Assembly: GCF_000143415.4 (NCBI RefSeq) | Contig: NW_003314490.1 | Location: forward strand, 1-32,614 | Length of the DNA stretch: 32,614 nt | From: Selaginella moellendorffii | Lineage: Eukaryota > Plantae > Lycopodiophyta | Direction: 5' to 3' | Shown: in pieces, positions 19,980 through 32,020 of the stretch | Position numbering within the stretch: position 1 is the first letter of the stretch | Layout: each line of letters begins with the position of its first letter | Program-made: the position numbers and the translations under genes | The notes under the pieces: generated by a model | Told to the model about the DNA's origin: nothing | The model's input: the letters and a program-made list of their open reading frames with translations, nothing else | Database searches by the model: none

Positions 19980-22561
19980 GTGAGTGAAGCATCCTCTAGA
20001 TCTTCCTCCCAGGATGTGTACAAGCTCAGTACGCGGGGAGGAGCTACGACGGTGACCGATGTGAGTAGGGTTTCGTCGCACAGAGCGTCTCCCAATTTGT
20101 ACGACTTCACTGGTTTTCAACGGAAGGATCACACGCAGGAAGACAGGAAAGGGTTTAGGAAGGTGCATTGTTGTGGAGATTCGAAAGCGGCGGACATTGC
20201 AGAGATTGTGAATGACAGGCTACAGGCTTGTGCTGCGGTCAGAACTCCCAGAGTTCCTGGTGATGATCTTAGACGGGGAAGAACAGGGGAGGAGGAAGCA
20301 GCTCCGATCAGTGATACATTCTGCAAGAAAGGCTTGCTTATGAAAGTTCCGGATTATCTCACCAAGCTTGCAGGGGCATCGAGGGGTGGTGAACGAGCTG
20401 TTCCTCACTTACGACCTCCAGACTGTGTTTTTGATACTAAGAAGAAGAACACCAAAAAGAACAAGGCAGGGACTGTGGCGTCTGTGACTGTTCCGATCAG
20501 TGCTAAACAGTGGCTGCTTCAGGCGATTGGGCTGAAAGACGATGAAATCCGCGAAATGTTTGCGCAGGTACTTGTGTTTTTTGATTTCTTTTTCTCGTCT
20601 GAAGGCATGAATGTTTCTGGCAGATGGAATCAAATCCTCAACTCGCAGCTGAGCATGTACGTGAGGTGAAGAGTGAATGGGAAGCCATGGAAGCTAGAGT
20701 GAACAGAGTTCCCCCGCAAGCAGATTTTCTTGTCAAGGACCGGGCGTTGCTAGAGAAAGTAAGGGAGCTGATTGTCCGATTTATCGAATGCACAAATCCA
20801 GAGAAGTTCCAGTCTGCTGAGCCACTCAAGAATGCGGACGAGAACACTGTCAAGCTGCAATCTAAAGCCTCGAGTCCGGATGATCTGAGCAACAAAGCAG
20901 AAAACCTTCATCCTGAGTCGAATGCTGCTTCCAGATTACAACCTGAAACTCCTTGTCCAATGCCTTCCTGTGAAAACTCCGGTCAAGTGAAAGATGCAGT
21001 ACCACCAGATGAGAAGCAGACTCTTCCTTCGTTTATTCCCATGGAGGACTATGTTGTCAACAAGTACGTTGTCCAGGTACGCATTGTCAATAAGCAGGAT
21101 TTTTTTGTAATCTGCAATAACGATTTGATGTATGTGGCAGCCAGAACTCTTAGGCAAACCTGAGTGCAAGTTCGCATATAGTCCGTATGATAAACGATGG
21201 TATACAGTTGTTTTTCCTGCTCTTCAGGTACTTTTACTTATTATATTTTTTTTCGACTCTTTTTTTAATGTTTTTGAAGTGCAGCCAGGTAAAAGAGAGG
21301 ATGTTCAGCTGCTTGGAGAGTGGCTGCAGCATGCGATGCGCAAGAATCGTTGTGAGAAAGTTGATGGACGGTTCGAAAATGTTGAAGCGGCCTTTGTTCT
21401 TCACTCGATTGCTTTCTTAGAGATTGTTCGTCAGGTGAAAAAACTTACCTGTTTATTTTTTTTGTTCTGTTCTAGAGCTTCTCTTGTTAAGTGATGCCCT
21501 TCAGGTTACATCGACAGGTTGATATTCATTGCGAAGAACGAGGAAATCTCCTGTTGCATGTGTGGAGACAGCTTCTTCGCATCTTTAACCAGGTATCATC
21601 TCATTTGTTTTGAGAAAGCGTGAGTGAGGTTTGATTTGTTCTTCAGGTGCTTGTGCGGGCTGAACCGAAGCTTAAGGCCACCGAAGAAGAAACCAAACGT
21701 CTTAGAAATGAGCTGGAGATGACAAAGGATCAACTGTTCAGGATGGTATCGGATCATGACTTCTACAAAGAACAGTATGACGTTATAATAGCGAAGCTGA
21801 AGGAAAGGGACCATCAAATGAAGCTGATCAGGAGATGCCGGTTGTGTCGCACTGACAACATGAGTCCCAGATCCCGGGAGGAGTATCTCTTTGACCTGAA
21901 GAAGCGATCGATATCTTTCAGATATACTCACTCCACCGATTTTTCAACTCCCACTCCAACGGAAGAGGAGCTCAAGAAACAGGAGGAAGAACGTCTGAAA
22001 CAAGAGGAGTTGAAGAAGCAAGAGGAAGAACGTAAGAAGCTGGAGGAAGCTGGTCAGGTTGAAGGGGCCACTACAGAAGAGCAGCCACTCGAAGAGTTAT
22101 CTTTCGAAGAACCATCTATTGAAGATCCAACAATCGAGGAAACGCCTGTGGAATCGGCAGAAGAAAAAGGACCTGTGCCGGTGGTGGAATCCAAGGACGA
22201 AGCCGTTCAAACTGATCCCTTGCCCTTGGAGTCGGAAGCAGGTGACCCACCCGCTATTGCGTTGAAGACCCAGCTAAGCATTTCCCATGCTGCACCTGGA
22301 GCTTTCTTTGGATTCGAAAGCTCCATAGCCATCTTCAGTTCCTCAGGCACGGGTAAATTGACCTCCCTCAGATCAATTCGATTGGCCTTGTCGAACGAAG
22401 CTGGGAAGTCACTCCAGTCCCACTCTGCTGCAGGACCAATAACAAGGGCGAGTGTGAAGATGCGGACATTCGTCGGTATCTTCTTCTTAGCCATTATCCC
22501 ATGGATCTCCCGCATCTCCTTGCCTTTCAACCGAGCCTTCACCTCATTCAAGGCCTTCTAG
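19980..22561 (+). CDS. Multi-exon gene of unknown function (CxxC motifs, coiled coil, acidic tail); 3' end fused to an antisense duplicated fragment
   Basis: ORFs 19980-20669, 20624-21163 and 21647-22561 separated by short GT-AG introns (e.g. 20568-20623); CMC and CRLC motifs; true start not identified. Confidence 0.5.
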
Positions 22562-23149
22562 AACTTGTGATAGGATTCAGAGTCGTAGATCATATAGTGG
22601 ACTGAAGATTCCACCTCCGCAAGTCCCACCATTAAGTCAATGATGGAGCTGACTTCGTCTGCATGAGTGATCTCCTCGTTTGTGAAGTCCATCACACAAA
22701 AGATGTTCTTGACCTGCTCATCTCCGCGGGAAACGATGCTCCTCCACCTTTGATCCTCATTCGAATTCAAGTATACCCGGTAAGGTTCTCGATAGGCCTC
22801 TGCTGCGGGGTCGAGCTGTTTCTGAAGCCGGCGGTCGACATCAATCTTAATGAAATTTGGATACTGATCCAACTTCTCAGCTTTACTTTTCGTGGCATCC
22901 CGCAGCAGATCGATGAACTTGGGGGCCCCCTTCACGTACTCGTCGATGTCTTCATTTGACAACTCCAGCGCTTCCATCATCTCTTGCGTGGTGTCGATGC
23001 TCACCCTCTCCACGGCCACTTGCTCGAAGATCCAATCCTTCAATAGCGCACGAGCTCTCAGAGTCGTGCACAAGTCCTCGTATGTCACAATATGGCCAGG
23101 AGTCATTTTGGTCTTGTTGAAGACTACCTCACCACGTAGAAGAACATTA
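22220..23149 (-). pseudogene. ~930-bp near-identical duplicate of 26574-27503
   Basis: Constant offset of 4354 bp; TGG->TAG nonsense change at 22559. Confidence 0.95.
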
Positions 23150-23591
23150 AAGCTCTATTTCGTTAAAGTGGGAATTGTCATTATCCCACTTGTAAAATAA
23201 GGTTTCCAAACCTTTATATAGTATATAAATATAACAAAATTCAACTGCATTGAGGCACATGCCATTTTATTTTAAACAAGGAAATGTCTACTCAATCACT
23301 TCTCCTCCCCCTGCCACTGCTTCACCTCTCTCTTCTCCTTGTCATCATCGTCCAATTTCTTTCCATCCTTTTAATATTGGCTCAGTTGCTCCGAGTCTAG
23401 GTGGAGCCCAAGTCCCCATTCAATCTTTACTTTCCCATTATTAATAAAACAACTTCGTAGACTTCCAATAACATGCTGTAACACTTCTAGTATAATGCAA
23501 ATCCTCTCAAAGAATTGTCTTTTAATATTAATACAATTGCATGGAACACCATGCCATAATAAGTTACATTTTTAAATAAATACATGCCATC

Positions 23592-26500
23592 TCAGACTGT
23601 TATTTTTTGCCTCCAACGCCTATACAATAATCTTGGAATTTCATCACTCTCCACACTATCAGGATTTAAACCCAATAGTAATGCCATCTCTTCTCTAATA
23701 CGTCCACGCTCATGTTCAGTGGTCGAAGAACCCATCCGGTTGAGCAGATTATGGAGATGCGGATAGTGCTTGGCTAGACAATATACATGCCATAAATGAT
23801 GACTGGTGTCTGTCCGATCAAATGGCTTATGATATACCGTTCCATCTGCCATTTGGTTGATTTCTGCAGCCACCTCCTGGACTGGCCGGTTCTCTATCAC
23901 CATCGCTCCAAGCCGTTTTGCAAGGTCCCCCAGAACATACGGTTTCTTCTCCCTAGTTTCCATACTGCAAGAGATGGGGTGCACTGCATATGTGTGCGTG
24001 TTCGCTGCAGTTTTAATCGGCGAGTCATCGATGATGAGGATTTCACTTGAGCTAGCAGTCCGGTTCATCACTACAGCCTCTGGCTTGACGAAGATGGGCT
24101 TGCTACCCCTCACATGGACCATAGTCAAGCAATCCTCCTGCGTTAGGAGAAAGTCAAATGGTAATATTACTCGCGTCTGATTGTGCATCATCTGTAGCAA
24201 CGTTAATGCATTGTGGCACATCATGGATGTCCAAACTCCCAATTGCAAATTGAACCCGGCCCTCTGTTTTAAGTGTCGCATGGTCATTATTAGATCCCGC
24301 AGTTTCTCCCGTGTGATTAATGTGAATCTGTCTCTTTTGACCAACTTGCGACCGCAGGCTTTGGAGGGTGCAATGACATTCGAGGACGAGCCACGCTCAT
24401 GGGAGAAAAGGACACCGTTCAGATCAAAAACGATACAGTACCTTCGCCGTGACTCTGAAATGAAATGCGTCAGCATAAAAAATGGTACAAGTCAATTTTA
24501 CCATCTACAATATTAGCGAATGTTGCTCCCGATGGTCGTTGAGAGGGTTTTGGTCGAGGAAACGTGAAGGGCGGAAATACTCTCCTCTGCAATGTGGGGT
24601 CAATCGCATCCGATGGCGTGTGGGCACATGCCATTTCAGCTGTAGACTCTGGTACAACTGGCTCAACAGTGGCATGGGGTGGTTCCGATGGCGTGTGATC
24701 ACACGCCATTTCAGCTGGTGCCTCCGTTGGCAAAGTGGACATGACCGAACAGGCAGCAGGGGCGGTGTAGGGAGGTTCCAACGGCGCGTAGTCAGACGAT
24801 TGGGCACACGTTGAGTCCGTTGGAAATGAGGATACGACCGGCTCGGCGGCTAGGGCGGCCTCATGTGGGTCCAATGGCGCCTGGTCACCATCAGTTGGAT
24901 ACGTGGACAAGATTGACTCAGTGGTATGGGCAGCATCAAGTGGAGCGTGGTCAGCTTGCTTGGCGTTGATATGGATAGTAGCCTCCACCAGCTCTGATGA
25001 CTCTTGCAGCCAAGTAGAGTCCACTGGCGGATCCATATGCATGTCCAAATATCTCCCTTCGATTGAGATGGTATCCTCCCGTGCTACTAAAAACAAACTC
25101 ATTAGCACATTGAATCGACTATACTGTATTTACCATCAACTGCTATTGAGGAACTAGGACCGATATCACTTGAGCGCACTGCTGATTCTGAAGGATTGGA
25201 CATACGTTTCGACCCTTGCTTGGCACTATCCTTCCTCGACACTAAAGGCTAGAGTTTGTAAATTCAACTGAATAATCTCTACTTACCATTTGCTCTGCGA
25301 CCTACATGGACAATGTTAGAAATGGTAAAAGGTTAGGAATGGATGTATTATTATTTACCTGATGGTTTGTCTTGTATGACCTTCCTCCGCCGCTCTTTGG
25401 CCACCTCAGGCTGGCCATCGTCGTCATCATCGTCGTCGTCATTATTGTGATCGTCACCATTGTGAGGACCATCCAAGTCCTCTTCGTCCTCCTCTTCTTC
25501 GTCCTCCTCTTCTTTGTCCTCCTCTTCGTCCTTCTGCTCTTCCTGCTCATTATCTTTCTCTGGCTCCTCATCCCCCTCCTGCATTTCTTCCATAGGCTGC
25601 TCAGGCTGGATGGCTTGTTCTTCCAGGACCATCTTGGGAAAATCATCTGGCCGAGTCTCCATCTCAAAATACAAGACATCCATAGCCTGTTTTAGTGCGT
25701 GACCTAGGACCGTATCCTCACCCGACTGTCTTAACATGGTTTCTGCACGTTCTTGCACCCTTCGAAGACGACGAGATGAGAAAAACGTGGCCCTGCCTTG
25801 AAAAGCTTCCCTCATCCATTGTACCTCTCCATTGAGATTGGGGAAGGGGAGTCCGCCATAGGAATCTGAGTCATGAGGTGGTGACTGCCTGCTTTCACTC
25901 AGCCCTTGATCTGCAATGAATGGCATGAGCACACACGCCATAACCGCGAGGCATTACCTATCATCTTTTCGTTGCCCTTCTTCCTTTTCGAATCAAACGC
26001 CTCTGATCTCGACGACTGTCCAACGTGCTTTCGCTTTTTATGACCACTGTCAGTTTGAGCTTGGCTGGTGCTTGCCTGTTTTGCCTTTGAAGAAGTTTCT
26101 CCTGCAAGGAATGGCATGAGACCACACGCCATTGCAAATATAATTTGTACCTCCTTTTTTCCTATTGCTTTTCTGTTTGTCCTTCTTCGATGCGCCACCA
26201 GTGTGCTTTTCAGTCCTCGTGTCTGAATATTCACAACGATCTATAATCAAAATGGCGTGAGGCCTCACGTGACCTTACCTTGTGCAGGTTGTGAGCTCGG
26301 CCCAACATGGGTATCTTCAACAGTAGCTGTTAACGCCGTTTCAGCATCTGGGGGTGGCCACGCTCCTGCATACAGAGCTTGTGAGATAACATTTAAACTT
26401 AAAGTGCGTACTCACCAGGTTCGCAGAGAAGATACTGTTTTTCTTTGGCAACTGTAATTATATGCTCCATTGAAGTCATCTCTTCAATGGAGTTTGTCAC

Positions 26501-29210
26501 CGCAACACACGGGACACCCTTGAGTAGTGCGGCTCGAAAGAATAGTCCGCCGCAGTTGTACTCGACAACGCATTTGCCCTTGGAGTCGGAAGCAGGTGAC
26601 CCACCTGCTATTGCGTTGAAGACCCAGCTGAGCATTTCCCATGCTGCACCTGGAGCTTTCTTTGGATTCGAAAGCTCCATAGCCGTCTTCAGTTCCTCAG
26701 GCACGGGTAAATTGACCTCCCTCAGATCAATTCGATTGGCCTTGTCGAACGAAGCTGGGAAGTCACTCCAGTCCCACTCTGCTGCAGGACCAATAACAAG
26801 GGCGAGTGTGAAGATGCGGACATTCGTCGGTATCTTCTTCTTAGCCATTATCCCATGGATCTCCCGCATCTCCTTGCCTTTCAACCGAGCCTTCACCTCG
26901 TTCAAGGCCTTCCAGAACTTGTGATAGGATTCGGAGTCGTAGATCATATAGTGGACTGAAGATTCCACCTCCGCAAGTCCCACCATTAAGTCAATGATGG
27001 AGCTGACTTCGTCTGCATGAGTGATCTCCTCGTTTGTGAAGTCCATCACACAAAAGATGTTCTTGACCTGCTCATCTCCGCGGGAAACAATGCTCCTCCA
27101 CCTTTGATCCTCATCCGAATTCAAGTATACCCGGTAAGGTTCTCGATAGGCCTCTGCTGCGGGGTCGAGCTGTTTCTGAAGCCGGCGGTCGACATCAATC
27201 TTAATGAAATTTGGATACTGATCCAACTTCTCAGCTTTACTTTTCGTGGCATCCCGCAGCAGATCGATGAACTTGGGGGCCCCCTTCACGTACTCGTCGA
27301 TGTCTTCATTTGACAACTCCAGCGCTTCCATCATCTCTTGCGTGGTGTCGATGCTCACCCTCTCCACGGCCACTTGCTCGAAGATCCAATCCTTCAATAG
27401 CGCACGAGCTCTCAGAGTCGTGCACAAGTCCTCGTATGTCACAATATGGCCGGGAGTCATTTTGGTCTTGTTGAAGACAACCTCACCATGTAGAAGAGCA
27501 TTAGCCACTGTCAGAAGGTCGTCGTCGTCTAGAGACCGCGAGAAACGCAAGGCGTTGAGCTTCAAATCATTGGGCTTCCGGCCGTCCTCCACACCCATTG
27601 AGTTTGGCAACTCCCCGTCATGGTACCTCCTCAGCACATCTACCCATTTGTCAAAAACAACTTTTGTCGCGAGTAGAATGTTATGGATGCTGAGTGTGTC
27701 ATTGACCCCCAGTGTTTTCGAGAGAAGACTCGAGAATTCCTGCAATGGAAATGGCGTGAGGCCACATGCTATGCCACATGCAACGAGGCTTACCTGCCAG
27801 GCGCTAGTTGCTAGTGCACGTCCTTGTCCTGGTTTTTGTGGCTTCTTTAGTTGAACCCAGAGCTTCCGTGTTCGTGCCAATGTCTCGTGCAGACCCGATT
27901 TGTAGCACGTTTCTTGCTTGACATTCTGCGCGTGGGAGATGTATATGATAGATCGGAGGGGCGAGTTGCCTTTTATCAGGCGGACAACTCTTGTCTTGAA
28001 GACTTTCTTCACCTCCTCGCCCACCATAATATCCACAACTATCTCTTGCATCGCCAAGCTAGAATGCTGCCCGGAGACGGCATAGAACCGGATGTTCTGA
28101 TCGTCCAACACCTTCCTATTGATCAAGTCTGGAAACCTCGTCTCGCCCTTCATTGTTCGGTAGTAGGGGATCACGTCTGCGATGTCGGGTGTTACTGGAC
28201 TTGCCAGCATCTTCTGCTTCAGTTTCTCCACCCACTCATCAGATACTAGCCTGTGGTTGTATTTGCTTTGGATGTCGATACGGCTCACGTCGATTGTATA
28301 TACTTTGTTGGAATAGTAACAAGTACTATTATTTGCGACGATTTTTGCTGCCTCTTCTTGCTCTTTCTGCTCTTTGCGGCTCTTCTTTTTGGTGGGTGTA
28401 GTGTTCGAACCCGAGGCAATGGCATCACTGAGTAGCTTCTTTTTGGAGGAGAGTCGGACGTCGGCTTGAGCTTGACCACCCTTTTCTGCTTCGGGGTAAT
28501 TTCCAGATCGACCCCCTTCCCCTTCGCTTCGCGAACTGGAGGCACTCTCAACGACTCAATGTTGGAATATAGTTTTTGAACATCGTCGTAGGTGAGGTCC
28601 GTGGATTCCATGTGATCTTCATAGACCCGCAGCGTCTTTGAAATTGTGGGCCTCCTGGACAACCTCTCCCTAGCTCCCTCTAGGAATTCCTCATAGCTGC
28701 TGCCCCCCTCCGGGAAGCCGCTAGGATGTGCAAGGTGGATCTTGAAGGCGGACGCTGTCTCTACCACAAGTGCCAGTCCATATTCTTGCATGGAACTGCA
28801 TGGAGTGTCTGTCACTTGGATGAGGATCCCCATGCATTCTTTTCTCCCACCATCTGTGTTGTACAGCCTCAGATCCTCGCCTTCCATCCCGAAAGTCCAA
28901 CTGGTGAGCTCCTCCCCCTTCTCTGCATCCACATTGACAGTGGCTGGAAGAAGAACGCAATTCCTCGCCTGTTCAGAAATGCACAACAATTAGAGCTGAC
29001 AGATGAAAAGCTAGCAGCTGGAAATAACGTGAGGCCACACGCCATTCACCACTGCATCAGATGTCTTGAGGCTGCATCCTAAGATGGCGTGAGGCTACAT
29101 GCCATTTGTAACCGGACTGCACTCGAGAGCCCAATCGGTGCATGCCAATGTTGCTACTGAATGGCATGTGGCCTCATGCCATTTTCTACTTGGCCTAAAA
29201 GACTTACCAT
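23592..29210 (-). CDS. Large spliced protein: ParB-like domain + possible degenerate DNA MTase-like fold + disordered linker + FCP1/NIF-type HAD phosphatase (one apparent frameshift)
   Basis: Exons 29210-29208 (ATG, tentative), 28968-27794, 27739-26416, 26365-26279, 26222-26151, 26101-25958, 25910-25359, 25301-25287, 25241-25134, 25086-24502, 24454-23592; GT-AG introns preserve frame; frameshift near 28440; NHRLVSDEWVEKL..YAVSGQHSSLAM; YCIVFDLNGVL..GVWTS..LIIDDSPIK. Confidence 0.72.
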
Positions 29211-29851
29211 TTGAAGCCGAATGGAGGCGTGACAACCGGACTCGCTGGCGAATGTGCACTGTGTGTGCAGCGGATCGTAGCAGCAAGGCTACTCTGCCAC
29301 TTACAGTTGGAGAGTGGCGCTGAAATCTCCCGGGACGCCAAGTGGGCTGCGTATGGGTGGCGGAGTGGGCGGCGGAGTTGGCGGCGAAGTTACAAACTGG
29401 GTGTGTCTTGAAGTGGACGCCGATGCACACGAGTGCGATGCGAGCGCGAGTGTGATGCAAGCGCGAGTGGACGCCGATGCACACGAGAAACCTGTAGAGA
29501 AGTGGGAGCGCGAGTGGGAGCGCGATGCGAGCGCGAGTGTGCGAGTGCGAGTACGAAGCAAAATGCAAAACCTAACCTCACACGCGCGAAATGTCACGAC
29601 GGTTGGTAATCCCGCCACGTCATCATTCCTCGGACTTGGGCGCCACCATTAATTTCTGGATCGGCGCGCGCATGCGTGAAATCCAAAAGAAATCCGCAAC
29701 GTCATCATTCCTCGGACTGCATGCACGCGAAATCCAAAAGAAAGATCATGATTGGGATATCATTTAATACCCTCGCTATATTTATACCATGCATGATTGG
29801 ATATTCCAAAGCATCTTGTATTTCCAAAAATGCCAGATGTTCAGCTAAATA

Positions 29852-31152
29852 AATTGTCAGAGGATTTGATATGACGTTCAAGCGTGTGGGCTCATGCAAT
29901 TTTGATCCCAAAAAATGCACCAAAAAATGCTCGGCGTCATCTGGCATTATCTCTTGAATGGCGTGGGGCCGCATGCCATTTTCAGGAGCACATAGGAGTA
30001 TATTCCTAGAATATTCTGACACGTGCGAGATTGTTTTGAGTTTCCTGGAGATCCAACCGTTAGATCACAACTAGATTTTACAGAATGGTATACAATGTCT
30101 TTCTTGATGACCCTACAAAGAAGCATCTCGATCGGACACCACATGAGACCACACGAGCCTTATAATGTTTCAGGGGCATTTGCCATAGATCCGACCGTTA
30201 TTTTGCTCCAAGATTCTACATTTTGGTGTGCATTGACCTTTCCATCGACACTGCAAAGGGACATCACAATCAGATGCGGGATCACAAGAAACCAACTTCA
30301 CTAACTCTGGTTTCACCAAGATCTACGTAAGGAGTTATGAAATGAAAGGACCCTCTCTATTGAAATGTGTTTATGGTTCTAGGGGCATTGTGACATATCA
30401 AAGGATTTTGCATCAAGTTCTGTATTTGCATGTTTATCAAGCTACTGAATTGCTAAACCCTAAACCCTAACCCTAAACATGTGGCAAATGCTGCGTGAAG
30501 AAAGATGCCCTTTCTAGGCAAATGCTGTAAGAGGCAGATGCCGAGCAGATGTATCTCAGGCTAGCGAAGGGGACAAACGAAAGCTAGCTATAAACATGAC
30601 GGGATGCAAATAGATTACTAGGCTGGTCCTGCGAAAATCAAAAACCATAATTGAAAACATTGAAAATGCAAAAAGAAAGGTTTATAATATTTTTGAATTT
30701 TAAGCAACCAAATGAATGTAAGTAGGGCATGTGTTTGTAAATTTAAAAATGCCTCAACCACTTAAATTCCCAAGTAAATAAAGCTGTTTCTATTTTTGGT
30801 ACAGGTAAACTTTATAGCGTGTGGGCTCATGCAATTTTGAACCCAAAAATGCACCAAAAAATGCTCGACTAGCATTATTCTTTGAATGGCGTGTGGCCTT
30901 ATATTGCCATAAATGGACGTACACACACAGCATAATTATTCCTTTACACGGCAAATAATCTTGGCGCGGATCGCTGACATGGCATGGCAAAGTTCGAATC
31001 ACTGACATGGCACAGTTGGATCGAGGCAAGGACATGATGTGACAAAGTTCAACGTCCGACAGCAAAGTCTAGAAGCTACTCAGTTTGAAATTTGTCAGAG
31101 GAATCATAAGATCTGGTTTGTCAGAGGATTTGATGTGATGTTCAAGCGTGTG
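29852..31152 (+). repeat. Short direct duplications in the intergenic region
   Basis: 29881-29979 ~ 30816-30910; ttgtcagaggatttgat..ttcaagcgtgtg at ~29854 and ~31118. Confidence 0.75.
30453..30478 (+). repeat. Short interstitial telomeric repeat
   Basis: ctaaaccctaaaccctaaccctaaac. Confidence 0.8.
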
Positions 31153-31649
31153 TTATTTTTGAATTCTCGAACTCATTCCTAGGTCTATCATTTTTGTGCG
31201 CCGTGTTCTTGGTTCCGCTGAGCGCAGTGAGCGCTGCTTGTGTAAGCGGCGTTGTGAGCTGTGGTTTATGCGTCTACGAGCGGTTGCGGCATTGCGAGCG
31301 TCATTGCAAGCGGCAGTTTATGCGAGTGGCAGTTTGTGCGAGCGGCGCTACGAGCAGTTGCGGTGGTGCGAGCGGTGCTACGGTACGACTAATGGTATGA
31401 GGGCTCATGCCATCTTGGGGCTTGCAAGTTCATCACTAGCATATTGCCAATAGTTTCTTTACCTGCCTATAGCTGTGTGTTTATCAAGATGGCATGAGGC
31501 CACATGCCATCTTGGGCCCTTGCAATTTCATGNNNNNNNNNNNNNNNNNNNNNNNNNNNNNNNNNNNNNNNNNNNNNNNNNNNNNNNNNNNNNNNNNNNN
31601 NNNNNNNNNNNNNNNNNNNNNNNNNNNNNNNNGCTGTGTGTATATCAAG

Positions 31650-31877
31650 ATGGCATGAGGCCTCATGCCATCTTTGGCCCCTACTAGCTTATTGCCATAT
31701 TCCTTATGCCTGGCTGCAACTGTATATATTTTTGTATGGGTGACTAGTCACACACGCCTAGATATATATAGTTGCAGCAAGGCAAAAGGAATATAGCAAC
31801 AGGCTAACAGGGGCCAAAGATAGCATGAGGCCTCATGCCATTAGTGGTACCACTAATGGCATGAGGGCTCATGCCAA
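31650..31877. repeat. Nested foldback built from the 22-bp palindrome
   Basis: ~80-bp arms 31650-31729/31762-31841; overlapping palindrome centred on GGTACC (31846-51) links copies 31820 and 31856. Confidence 0.88.
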
Positions 31878-32020
31878 TTTTGTGAATGCGAAATTTCATG
31901 TGGGTGTCAATAGCATGTTTGAATAATGGCATGTGGCCTCATGCTATTTGGTATGTTATGATTTAGGGCATTCTCCAATCATTTTTTGTATGGTCTTAAC
32001 TTCTTTTCTGCACTTTCAGA

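Larger units (their letters stand above)
23244..31947. repeat. Dispersed 22-bp palindrome family ATGGCRTGWGGCCWCAYGCCAT (~20 copies)
   Basis: Copies start at 24613, 24688, 25920, 26111, 26252, 27751, 29024, 29084, 29161, 29879, 29958, 30814, 30886, 31392, 31489, 31650, 31820, 31856, 31926; weaker at ~23244 and 23536. Confidence 0.92.

Noticed and set aside
26399-27100. Active DNA methyltransferase
   Set aside because: No DPPY/NPPY/SPPY or intact FxGxG motif; at most a degenerate fold.
28285-28440. Intron or separate genes between ORFs 28285-28989 and 26399-28288
   Set aside because: The downstream frame is open upstream of 28288 and aligns with paralog 1 (IVANN..IDVSRI vs IANKG..MRVSDL), so a frameshift near 28440 is more parsimonious; no good splice sites.
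29095-29652. ORFs over GCGAGT/GGCGGA low-complexity repeats
   Set aside because: Simple repeats in the probable 5' UTR/promoter; no protein signal. Likewise 31194-31453.
31392-31947. CRISPR interpretation of the 22-bp palindromes
   Set aside because: Irregular spacing; intervening sequences are inverted copies of each other.
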